DNA from: Ginkgo biloba
Taxonomy: Eukaryota; Plantae; Ginkgophyta
DNA: 20,383 bases
Assembly: GCA_024626585.2 (NCBI GenBank)
Contig: JANKJI020000004.1
Coordinates: forward strand, 61,680,450-61,700,832
Direction of reading: 5' to 3'
The position numbers were made by a program, and so were the translations under genes. The notes beneath the pieces are model-generated. The model was not told the DNA's origin. It ran no database searches and saw only the letters and a program-made list of their open reading frames with translations. Shown here piece after piece: positions 1-10,502 of this stretch (the first letter of the stretch is position 1; every line of letters begins with the position of its first letter).

Positions 1-1975
1 GTGGGATATTACATTATAAGAGACATTACATATCGAAGAGATTACAAAAGGAAGAATAGAGTATAAGGAAGAGAATAGAGTGAGGGTCGGGTTCATAGCA
101 CCACTATTAAAGATGTATGACAACTCTTACCCTCCAAGTCTCTTTTACATGAAGAAGCTTGCGAGGCCAAAGAACATGCAAATTGCCCCTAGAATTTCTT
201 TTACATGAAGAAGCTTGCGATGCCAAAGAAGACACAAAGTGCCCCTAGAATTTGTACCCATTAGAGTACTTTGAGTTAAACTACAGTGAATGGGAAATCA
301 ATGACACACTAGGGCACTCTCTAAATGAAGAAGGTACAACAATACACCACTGGAAGCTAAAGATACGAGAAGTTAATATTGTCATTGAAACAAATCCAAA
401 GAATATTATTATGGGTGATGATTGGGATAAATTAATTGTCACCAAAGCTACAATACTATTTTTCAAATACCGCAACGTATTTGCATGGTCCCATAAGCAT
501 TTGAAACGAATTCCACCAAAGATTGGACAACACAATATAAAGCTATTAGAAGGAAGAAAAATGATGCAATAATGATCATGTCATCTCAACCCTAAGGTGA
601 ATGAATAGGTGAAGGTTGAATTAGATAAAATGTGGGACGTTAGATATATTTATCTAGTTGAAAATAGCAAATGGGTGAGCCTAGTAATCATTGTAAAGAA
701 GAAAAATGGCAAGATACGGATTTCCATAGATTACTAGGTACTAAATTAAGTGACAAAGAAGGACCCTTTCCTAATTCCGTTCATCGAGGAGATGCTTGAT
801 AATGTGGTAGGGCACGAAGTATACTCGTTTATTGATGGCTTTAGTGGTTGCAATGAAGTCAACATTGGCCTAGAAGAGTAACTCAAAACCATGATTGCCA
901 CAAAATGGGGTGAATACACTTATAGTGTTATGCTATTTGAGTTAACCAACACACTCATAACATTTCGCGTGATCCTACATATTTTTTGCGACATAGTTGG
1001 ACTTCTGACTCAATGTTGTATAATGTGTTGCATAATCACCTTGAACACTTGAAAGAGATGTTAAAGATGTGTTAGAAAAGCACGTTGTCCCTCATTCTAG
1101 AAAAGTGTTAATTCCTAGTGTTCTTTGGCAATTGCTTAGGGCACGTGGTTACTAAAGAAGGTCTCTTAATGGATCTAGTGAAGGTAGCCATAATCGCAGG
1201 ATAACCAATTCCTAAATCATGAAGCAACCAAAAGGATTCCTTAATTTGACTGGCTACTATTGAAAGTTCATCAAGGGCTATGTATTCATTTCTTGTCCAC
1301 TAGAAGCTTTACTGAAGAAGGGAATAGAATGGGTTTGGACTAATGGATAGCACGAAGTGTTAGAGACACCAAAGCAGAAGGAAGTCTGTGCACCAATCTT
1401 GCACTTCCTAGAGTGGAACAAAATGTTCCCCATTCCTATAGACGCTTTGGTCTTTGCTATTGGCTGTGGTTTTGCACATCCAAGGAAGGGAATGTTGACA
1501 ATCTACTGTACTTTGTAAGTTGCAAATTCACACAAAGAGAACAAAATTATACTGTTAGGAAACGAGGACAACTGTGAATGGTCTATACAATACGAAAGTT
1601 TAGACATTACCCACTTTCAAACCCATTCCAGTTTTACATCGACCATCAAGCGTTGTTGTATTTGGTCAACAATCTTGTCCTCCAAGGAAGAATAAGCCGA
1701 TGGATCATGTTGCTTCTAGAATTTACCTTTAGGGTCATTGCCAAACCTAGAAAGAGTGATGTGGTCCCAAACTCCTTATCCCGAATTGAGATAGGGGAGA
1801 ATGCCACAGAGTTAATGACGACTTTCTAGATGCTAGTCTATTCCACGTTGAGAATGTTCCTTAATGGTATGTCAGAATCGTTGAATACTTACCTAGGAGA
1901 CAAGCCCCTAATCACGAGCAAATTGGAAAGGAGTCTTGCTAGAAAGGCCCTCCTCTACAACTTGCTCATTGAGTT
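1..1975 (+). mobile_element. Degenerate Ty3/gypsy (non-chromovirus-like) pol fragment: pre-RT linker, RT, RNase H, start of integrase region
   Basis: Manual translation gives pre-RT FKYRNVFAWSHKHLKRIPPKIGQHNIKL (ORF 252-572). RT follows as KWVSLVIIVKKKNGKIRISIDY*VLN*VTKKDPFLIPFIEEMLDNVVGHEVYSFIDGFSG (about 670-850). RNase H follows as FYIDHQALLYLVNNLVLQGRISRWIMLLLEFTFRVIAKPRKSDVVPNSLSRI (ORF 1578-1829), then WYVRIVEYL...RSLARKALLY. The RT-RH-INT order is gypsy. There are many stops and frameshifts, the YxDD motif is not recognisable near 1000, and homology fades near 1975. Confidence 0.95.
141..252 (+). repeat. Tandem duplication, 2 x 56 bp
   Basis: tcttttacatgaagaagcttgcga...gcccctagaatt at 141-196 and 197-252; 5 mismatches by hand count. 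Confidence 0.95.
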
Positions 1976-2269
1976 ATTATTTTCCATGTTGAGAATGACT
2001 ATTGTCATTATTATTGGAATGTTTGGGAACTACCATTATGGGTAGACTTTAATAAATGCAATAGAAGTCAATGCTTGTTAGGATATTGGCCCCTCAGGCA
2101 TGTCTGTAATATCATCACTTAGGTCCTTAATGTACCTAGTGATGGTTTGGATTTGCGCGAATTCCATAATGAATATTTTGTTACANNNNNNNNNNNNNNN
2201 NNNNNNNNNNNNNNNNNNNNNNNNNNNNNNNNNNNNNNNNNNNNNNNNNNNNNNNNNNNNNNNNNNNNN

Positions 2270-2350
2270 ACATTGAAAATGTGCAATTTTTAGTTTTGAA
2301 TCAGAGACTCCTTTTTGGAGAGTTACCATGAAACTGGTTTTTCTCTAGTG
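2270..2350. mobile_element. Possible right terminus of a CACTA-type element
   Basis: Ends in a T-run followed by ctctagtg (reverse complement CACTAGAGAAAAA). The left end may lie in gap 2186-2269, which is preceded by tta|ca; the right flank is gta. Motif evidence only. Confidence 0.3.
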
Positions 2351-3636
2351 GTAAATGCCTTTTGCACTACATTCTTTAAGGAATGAAACATTTAGGGGAG
2401 GAACTCATTGAAATGCCAGCTCTTTTCTACTATAACTTTTGGCATGATTTTCACCTGATGTTACACGTAATTACATATTGCATCTTGANNNNNNNNNNNN
2501 NNACATGTTAATTACGTTTTGCTTGGCACTAGTAGCATCAATATAACTACAGAGCATGTCCCTTTTCTTTATAAAAATGTGTACCATGTAAAAGTAATGT
2601 TTCGCCTTCTTATGTGAAACATGTTTCCCATCATTTTTGTTCAATTCATGAAATTTTTACATTTCACAAAACATGTGTAGCTATGCGTTTGGAATAATTC
2701 CCTCTTTTAAGTCTTCCACGCATCTTTCAAAGTTGCCTTCAAAATCAAAAGATGAAATTGAAAGATGAATCCTGATTTCTATTCTACAAGTTTCCTGTAT
2801 AATTCATTTATGCATTATTCAAACTACTGATTCATGAGTATGGTCTGCTGTATATATTGGTTTGGATAGATCGACAGAATGATGTCATAGCATTGGTATA
2901 ATAACTCTTCATTTTTGTTGGATCTGGNNNNNNNNNNNNNNNNNNNNNNNNNNNNGTAAGGTAAAGTGATGAATGCTAGATTTCAATTTGGGGTCTTAAG
3001 CTTGGTATAAGAGCTTTCAAGGTAGTCACACTGGAGATTTTTGGAATCCTTTACTGTTGCTTCTGCTATTGGCATATCTGCGCAGTGATTAGAGCTTCTG
3101 CATGTCTCTGGAGCTCTTTTGACCATTGCTAGAGGTCTTATAGCTGAAGGATAAAAAATAAAAAAAGAAACTAGATTAATGTCCACAAATGATCAAAACT
3201 GGTTAGTGGGACTGCAAGTACACCAATATGAATGACTGCATATGGCATCTCCAACCTAATAAAATAAAATAAAGTAATGCAATAAGTGAGAGTAAAGTGA
3301 TATAATGAGATGGGTATAGAGTCGATGTGTGCAGACGCAAAGAAATTTTAATACTGAAAAGCTAGGCGAGTCTCCGAGAATAACGCTAGGTTGGTGACCT
3401 GGCTCTGTCCGTCTTAGGGTACTGAGAAGCACTGGTAGCCAATTCCTGTCCATCCTTAAACACTAAGAAGTCACCAATTGCCTGCCAGAAAGAACTCAGG
3501 TAATAGTTTCTGGTCTTGGATACTAAAATAATACTGNNNNNNNNNNNNNNNNNNNNNNNNNNNNNNNNNNNNNNNNNNNNNNNNNNNNNNNNNNNNNNNN
3601 NNNNNNNNNNNNNNNNNNNNNNNNNNNNNNNNNNNN

Positions 3637-4543
3637 ATTGACTATAAAAAAATTAACCATAACACTAGAGGAGTGGCAAGGGTCTCCATAGAAGTTAATA
3701 TGGAAAAATCCTAAAGGAGTCCATTACTATACAAGTGGGAAACATAACTTTCATTGTCTATATTAATTATGATAGAATTCCATTCTAATGTTTATTATGT
3801 CACCAAGTTGGTTATGTTAAAAAGTTCTACCCAAGTCAAAAATTGAAAGAGCAAAGACAAGGTGAAAAGGCTAAACAAACACTAGAATAATAAGCCTATG
3901 CTAAAGCAACAACTCCTACTAAAAAATTAGGTAGTCAATAAACATTAAAATGAGAAGGACCTCAACTTGCTCCAAAATATAATATCAAGGAACAAGGTTG
4001 GAAAAAGGTGAAAGGAAAAAGGAAGCACACAGTCAAAGGGACCTAACAAAGACATCCGATGAAACTTGAAGAAGCAAAAAATATATTATAAAGAATGTAC
4101 AATTTCATAGAGGAATTAGGGCCACAGAACAAAAATAAACAAAGAATTGCAAATATCTAGCACAGAGATAAAACCTCATAGGGTGAGAAAATTAGGGAAT
4201 TTTTTGGTGCTAATAGATTTAACACTTAGGCACAAGACATGGAAGTTGAAGAGGGAAGTGTAGTCAAAGAAACCCCATTCCTTTCTCAATTAGCTCAAAA
4301 AGGAAGAAAGGAAGCTTCTCCTAAAGGTGTTCCAACTCAAGCATTTCATGGAAGGGGAGATTAAGGAGAAGAAGCTCTAGGATGTCTAACCCTATAGGTT
4401 GATGTTTGTTCACTAGGACTGTGTGGTCCTTGTAGCAACTCAATTTATGTATCCAACTCTAATCCTTTAGGATTGAGATTTTGTACTACATTGTTGTAAC
4501 TGGTTACCTTGTTAATAAAAATATAGCTTCAATCTAAAAAAAA
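3637..4543 (+). mobile_element. L1-clade LINE remnant: ORF1 C-terminal part (zinc knuckle), 3' UTR and poly(A)
   Basis: ARVSIEVNMEK, then a frameshift, then ESITIQVGNITFIVYINYDRIPF*CLLCHQVGYVKKFYP, a decayed CX2CX4HX4C knuckle at 3789-3830. GWKKVKGKRK (about 3996) and NRFNT (about 4212) follow, as is typical of plant LINE ORF1. A T-rich tail with AATAAA (4514-4519) and A8 (4536-4543) ends the element. The 5' end is hidden in gap 3537-3636. Confidence 0.82.
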
Positions 4544-5876
4544 TGTATTTGATCGCATAGATTCATTGGGTGTTAATTTCTTCATAGTTTTAAAGACCAT
4601 CTTTTGAGTTTTTGTTTACATTGATATTTTTTACTCTTTGTGATTTTCCTATTCCTTATTATCTTTAATTTCTCTTGTTTGTTCTTGGATACTAAATAAT
4701 ATTGAAAGCTTCCAGTCAACAAGGCATTGTATAGAAACGTTCTGTCATTGGTTGAATGTAAAAACTAGATGCATCTGGAAACAGCTCTTGGATGCTGGAC
4801 AGCTCTGTAAATTTCTTCTTTGTTGCTTGAGTTGGACTCTCCCCATTTCCATTTCTTCTTCCTGGTAGCATGTTCAACTCCCTTCCTTCACTTTGATTTC
4901 TTGCATCTGTGAATTCTTGTTGCTAGCAGGACAGGCCAGTTTCTAGATTAAGATCAGAGCTACACTCTGGTCACCCCTTAGCTGAGAGAGACGAACTTTT
5001 AATGGCTGAATCTCATTTTGGATATACTATTATTTCTTTCCAGTAGAGCAATATGGTCTTCAATGGAGGCTACAGTTTACTTTCATTTTCATTCCCTTGC
5101 CTATGATATAAGTTCATTCAATATCGTGGAAAAGATGTCTGGTTGAAATGGCGAATAATACTTGAGAGAAAATCTTAGATCAATGTCAGGGAAAAGTTTT
5201 GAGCATGATATATGGAATTCAATGTTCAGTTCCATTTGAATTGTTTCGTATTGTTGAAATTGTTTCCATCATTAGCCAGGGCAGTCCAGAAAGTGGGCAG
5301 TATTTAAACACCTAAAGACTATGCTACATGTTTCTAAGTCGAGGTTTCTATCTTCTTTATGATCTTGTTTAGACTTTTTTTTAAGTTTGCATGTACCTGA
5401 CAAGAGGACAAGGTTTGTCTGCACACATGAGAAAGAGTGCACATGTGAATACTTTCGGATCCATAATCAAAGCAGCAAAGTAATTGGAGGATACACAATG
5501 CTATTGCTGAACTAGAAGTTCACAGCTACATCCAATTGTATTCAAATTTCTTCTTTGAGTGGGAGATTATTTGAGATGCATATTGTGCCCCAGTGATCAA
5601 TTACTCTACCTGGTTGCTGGTTTTCTGAACACAAATCTAGTAAAAAGCCAATGGTCATGATAGTTTTTGTCTGAAGTTTGTAAGGCATCAGAATCTCAGA
5701 ATCATTTCTTCATTGATTATGCTACGACTATGCAAGGAACAACAGCTTCCCAAGTCATTTCATGTGTGAACATAGAGAATAAATGGGGTATGAATTGAGA
5801 TGATTGGTTTAATTTTAACTTCCATGGCATAATATTTAGGTTTAGAGATAAAAGAGCACCTAGATCTATATTATAT

Positions 5877-5918
5877 CACTAGAAAAAATATAGATAAGAG
5901 TGATCATGTTATCCATTA
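5877..5918 (+). mobile_element. Possible left terminus of a CACTA-type element
   Basis: cactagaaaaaata... running into gap 5919-6018; no partner TIR is visible. Confidence 0.25.
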
Positions 5919-6018
5919 NNNNNNNNNNNNNNNNNNNNNNNNNNNNNNNNNNNNNNNNNNNNNNNNNNNNNNNNNNNNNNNNNNNNNNNNNNNNNNNNNN
6001 NNNNNNNNNNNNNNNNNN

Positions 6019-6533
6019 ATGTATTGATGACACCAATTTGGATGAGGAGCTTGTGGAAGATAGTTGTGAGCAAAAATGAGCCTGATCTTAAGAGCGATGA
6101 CTTCTTGGAGAGTCTTTTGACATGGTTGTGCATACCCTTCTCAGTTGTCTTCATACATCCACAGATCTTGAGCTTGAGTTGTAGATATGCCATATGGCAA
6201 TTTCTTTTGGTTTTGAGTCTTGACANNNNNNNNNNNNNNNNNNNNNNNNNNNNNNNNNNNGATAGAGGACATGTATATCATTATCTTCAATTTCAAATTT
6301 GATATTTTTATCATTTATGTGGTTATATCTTATGGCGATGAAGATTTGAATGATGAGTGATGAATTAATTTTTAAGTTTTATTGCGGAGTTCACAAACAC
6401 ATACACACACGCACACGTGCACGCATGTTAGTATGTATCTATCCCCACATGGACGTGCACGCATGTACACCTTCCCAAAATGCAACACTTGTGCCTATCC
6501 ACGCACACACACCTCTTAACCCTGGTAACCTTG
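6019..6533 (+). mobile_element. Possible 3' end of a hAT-like DNA transposon derivative
   Basis: Acidic coding-like remnant (IDDTNLDEELVEDSC), a T-rich spacer, then a decayed gcacac/acgcac subterminal-like tract ending in ggtaaccttg at 6533. The assignment rests on resemblance only. Confidence 0.25.
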
Positions 6534-7163
6534 CATGTTACCTTGTTGTTTATGAGTTATGAGTCTTCAACCTCTAATGTATTGATGATCTATGTCGATA
6601 GGAAAACTTTGCTTTTGAGTTTGTTCTTGTAAATGCTTTTGTTTTTGGTCATCTTTCCTTGAAATAAAGTATATGTTAAATTCAAGATGCAAAAATGTAG
6701 TTTTTGTGATTTATTAAGAGCATAAAAGAGCTAAGGAGGTGTTTGGTGTCTCCAGAAAGTAAGGAAAAGTTATATAAATGTCAACAAATCACCAAAAATG
6801 TTAATCACATGGATGTGCGTGCATTTACGCCTTCCCAAATGCAACACTTGCGCCTATCCCCACACACACACCTGTTAACCCTGGTAACCTTGCATGTTAC
6901 CTTGTTGTTTATGAATTATGAGTCTTCAACCTCTAACGCATTGATGATCTATGTTGGCAGGAAGAATATGCTTTTGAGTTTGTTCTTATAAATGCTTCTA
7001 TTTTTGGTCGGCTTTCCTTGAAATAAAGTATCTGTTAAATTCAAGGTGCAAAAATGTCGTTTTTGTGATTTATTAAGAGCACAAAAGAGCTAAGGAGGTG
7101 TTTGGTGTCTCTAGAAAGTAAGAAGAAGTTATATAAATGTCAATAAATCATCAAAAATGTTAA
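6446..7163 (+). repeat. Tandem duplication, 2 x about 360 bp
   Basis: Copy 1 is 6446-6805 and copy 2 is 6806-7163; both start cacatgga and end caaaaatgttaa. About 33 differences by hand count, including one indel. Confidence 0.97.
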
Positions 7164-7308
7164 AATCTAGTATCTAGATAAGTGCCTCAAATAGGTGCAG
7201 ATCAAATCGAATAAACTTTTAGGTCTGAAATAAGGTCGTGAACAACATGCAATAACTATAAAGCACTAAATCGTTGATGGTGTAGAGATGACTAAAATCT
7301 AGTGATGT

Positions 7309-7687
7309 NNNNNNNNNNNNNNNNNNNNNNNNNNNNNNNNNNNNNNNNNNNNNNNNNNNNNNNNNNNNNNNNNNNNNNNNNNNNNNNNNNNNNNNNNNNN
7401 NNNNNNNNNNNNNNNNNNNNNNNNNNNNNNNNNNNNNNNNNNNNNNNNNNNNNNNNNNNNNNNNNNNNNNNNNNNNNNNNNNNNNNNNNNNNNNNNNNNN
7501 NNNNNNNNNNNNNNNNNNNNNNNNNNNNNNNNNNNNNNNNNNNNNNNNNNNNNNNNNNNNNNNNNNNNNNNNNNNNNNNNNNNNNNNNNNNNNNNNNNNN
7601 NNNNNNNNNNNNNNNNNNNNNNNNNNNNNNNNNNNNNNNNNNNNNNNNNNNNNNNNNNNNNNNNNNNNNNNNNNNNNNNNNNNNNNN
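7309..7687. other. Largest of many assembly gaps (N runs)
   Basis: Numerous N runs throughout the window indicate a short-read scaffold; distances and joins across gaps are uncertain. Confidence 0.99.
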
Positions 7688-8690
7688 TTGCAAACCTCAA
7701 ATACATTGAGAAAGAAAACCTCAAACTACTCAACTATAAGGGCAAGGTACTCCTCTTAGGGCCGGAACTAAATTGAACACCATACAAGGTGTTCAAAAAT
7801 AAGGTAATGCACGAACCCAATGAGACCTTGGTGTGCACAAAATATGGGCTAAAACAAAAAGTTAATCCAAACTATAGGTCCTAGGAAAAATGCAATGCTA
7901 AGCCATTGCCATTACCTGTTGTGTCGAATTGTAGATGGCTAAGTCCATCGATGAACAAACATGGTCCCCTTGGAGCAAACCAACCTCGTTGCTGTAAAAC
8001 TTTGTGCTTCCCCTAGCCTGGACTTTCAAGATGTATGCTAATGTGCCTACCTTCACAATGTGGGTTGAGAATAGTGGCTCCAACCAAGGATGCACCAACC
8101 TTGCAAGTCACTTCAAAAACGCCCTTGCAAGCCACTTCAAAAACTTAAGCAAATCGACCGTTAGGCTAATCTGTTATCTGGGGAAACTCTCGTGGTACTC
8201 TTCTTAGTCGTCGCCAAGCAAGAAAGAAGACATGGGACAATACTTTGAGCTAGAAAACAAGCCATGCAATCAAGCATTGTCTCTTAACAAGAGCCATGCA
8301 ATCCACTAGAGCTTCCTCCCTTCCACATAACTGGACTAATTTCTCTCCTCCTAGCTAGTAGCAACCCAAATGCACACTACATTTGGTCAAACCCTTCTAG
8401 GTTTCAAGTAAAGAGAGCTCGCTTGTCGTGAGGAATGAGTGGGAGCTTCATCCTATCCCTCCATAATGAAAATATATTAATGTCCACGAATGACTAAAAA
8501 GCAGTCAATGGGACTATAATAATGCACACAAATGTTACAAATCAAGGGAGTGCTTATGGAATTTCTAGTGTGAAAGCTAAGACCTAAAGGAGAACTCTAA
8601 TTAAAAAATACTCTAAATAAATAGCAACAAGTGAAAAATAAGTGATACTTCCAAAGGGCGCACAAGGGCCCTTCTATGCTCCAAGATGGG
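7688..8690. mobile_element. LTR-like non-coding retrotransposon sequence (termini not defined)
   Basis: A/C-rich non-coding sequence resembling the antisense strand of a plant gypsy LTR. No coding motifs, and the left edge is in a gap. Confidence 0.3.
8099..8144 (+). repeat. Short direct repeat, 22 bp unit, period 24
   Basis: ccttgcaagtcacttcaaaaac (8099-8120) and ccttgcaagccacttcaaaaac (8123-8144); 1 mismatch. Confidence 0.9.
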
Positions 8691-9077
8691 TTTTATAAAA
8701 CCCTTGAAGCACCACATTGGGTTGCTAGAAATTTGCTAATCCTGTAATGAGAGATCTGTGGGTCATCCATAGTCACAAAATCATTCGAGGTTTGTCTAAT
8801 AATCTCCTCCATTATCTGGTTATCAGTGGCTCTTGGAATGGGATGAACTCTCTGTTTGGATCCCTCTATCCCTCTCCTTACATCCAAGGTTGAAGCTTTT
8901 CTATTTGGCATTAAGAAACTAGTGATGAGCTTGCCTCCCTCAAATCTTGACCTGTCTCTCTTTTTCCTATAAGGACTTCCCTTGGTGCGTCTGAGGTGTG
9001 TCCTAATAGACACTGTATAATTCTGATGACGACTAATCTGTTTCTCTGGGCAATATCGGGTATCTCGTTAGAGGACT

Positions 9078-9897
9078 TGTTGAATATGTAGAGAGAGAAC
9101 CAATTATTAGGTGTATGACATCTAATGTCTATATATACTATGGGTAAATATGCTCAACAACAAAAGGAATCCATATGTTTTGGGGGAGTCCCAAGAAATG
9201 CAACCATGCAAAATGAAAGGTGGTATGGTGCCTCGTCTTTGTATTTTTGAAGGGGTGGGGTGGGGGTGTAATAAATCAATCCATATAAGGTTGATCTCAC
9301 TCCCCCCATGAAAGTAATATTATCACTATATAATAGCATATTATCTTATAAATTATTTTTGGAATATTTTACGTTAATGGAAATAATTTTACCCTTAAAT
9401 ATAATTAGTAATTAATGGAATGTATTGATAATCATACTTGAGGCATTATCCTATGCATTTATAATATGTTAACTAGGATTGACATGGGAAAATCCTAAAT
9501 ACTTTAATGTGGTTTGAGACATGATGCATATGGCTAATCATTCATCAATAATACACCTCCAAACTTTTTAATGACCTATATGGAACATTATATTGAATGG
9601 ATTAGAAAGTATATTACTCTCCTTCTTAAGATTAAAGGGATAAGAGATAATTAACTCATTTAATAGAGTTTCAACCACACCTAATAACTTTAGAAATTGA
9701 TATCAATAATAAAGACATGATTGTAAAAGATTAAATTTTTTAAGGGANNNNNNNNNNNNNNNNNNNNNNNNNNNNNNNNNNNNNNNNNNNNNNNNNNNNN
9801 NNNNNNNNNNNNNNNNNNNNNNNNNNNNNNNNNNNNNNNNNNNNNNNACATAAAACTATGTTATGTATACTAATAAAATAGACATTAATATCTAACA
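9078..9897 (-). mobile_element. Probable LTR (solo or 3' LTR) with TG...CA ends
   Basis: The left end TGTTGAATAT and the right end ATATCTAACA (reverse complement TGTTAGATAT) form an 8/10 inverted repeat around a very AT-rich interior. The 5-bp flanks (ggact / cccct) do not match. A 100-N gap lies inside, and the orientation is tentative. Confidence 0.5.
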
Positions 9898-10364
9898 CCC
9901 CTGTCCTTCCTCCCATTTCCTGGTAACTTAACAATTTTCTTATTTCCGTCCAGCTTTGACAGCCGGCTCTGCAACTCCAATTCTAAAAAGTTGTGATTTG
10001 CTTCTTGTGTCTGTCCAGATTTGTTACGCTTCTCTGTTGCTCAGTTGCCCAAGTGATACAATCGGCTCTATAAAATATCAACCATGTGAAGTGTACACAC
10101 CAGGAATTTTCATTTCAGAATTATAAGCAAACAAGTTCAGCAGGGATGGAAATAGTTACTTTCATTAATGAGACAGCTCATTCATAAAAAGTCAAAAACA
10201 AGCAGTATGGTAGAACCAAGAATCCTTAATTTGATACTAGTGTTCTTTTTGTTACTTGTCTATTTGTGCTTTTGTATGCATCATAAATTTTCTGTATTGG
10301 CAATGTTTATGTTTTCTCAGTATTTTGATGTTACTCAAGCAGATGTCCTTTATGTTCTTCACAG

Positions 10365-10502
10365 TTCACTGATGAAAATGGACAAAGGCAGCATGTGTGG
10401 CAAAGTTCTTGGGCAGTGAGCACACGGATGGTGGGTGGCATTATCATGACTCATGGTGATGATACAGGCTTGATCCTTCCACCTAGGATGGCCCCAATTC
10501 AG
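10365..10502 (+). CDS. OVA6: Internal exon of chloroplastic/mitochondrial prolyl-tRNA synthetase (class II motif 3 region and start of anticodon-binding domain)
   Basis: Acceptor ttcttcacAG (10363-10364) and donor cag|GTgatt (10503). The exon is 138 nt, phase 0/0, with no stops: FTDENGQRQHVWQSSWAVSTRMVGGIIMTHGDDTGLILPPRMAPIQ. From recalled sequences, SWAVSTRxVGGIIMTHGDDTG fits plant organellar ProRS better than the cytosolic form (STRTIGVMIM). Confidence 0.95.

Noticed and set aside
4705-5870. Search for further exons or RNA genes in unique-looking intron
   Set aside because: No ProRS-like peptide and no tRNA, snoRNA or strong hairpin signature recognisable by eye.
2337-5890. The two CACTA-like ends as one element
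   Set aside because: They face outward (right end upstream of left end), so they cannot bound a single element.
7292-7733. Long ORFs made mostly of X (also near 2078, 5909, 9740, 11947, 14592, 18345)
   Set aside because: Artefacts of translating through N gaps.
141-8144. Short direct repeats as a CRISPR-like array
   Set aside because: Only two adjacent copies of each, no unique spacers, no cas genes and a eukaryotic intron context.
8693-9013. 106-aa basic minus-strand ORF
   Set aside because: No recognisable motif, a non-ATG start and a position between TE-like segments; it cannot be supported as a gene.
9109-9132. ggtgtatgaca as a separate LTR end with nested insertion
   Set aside because: No partner terminus or TSD was found; TGTTGAATAT at 9078 pairs better with the 9897 end.
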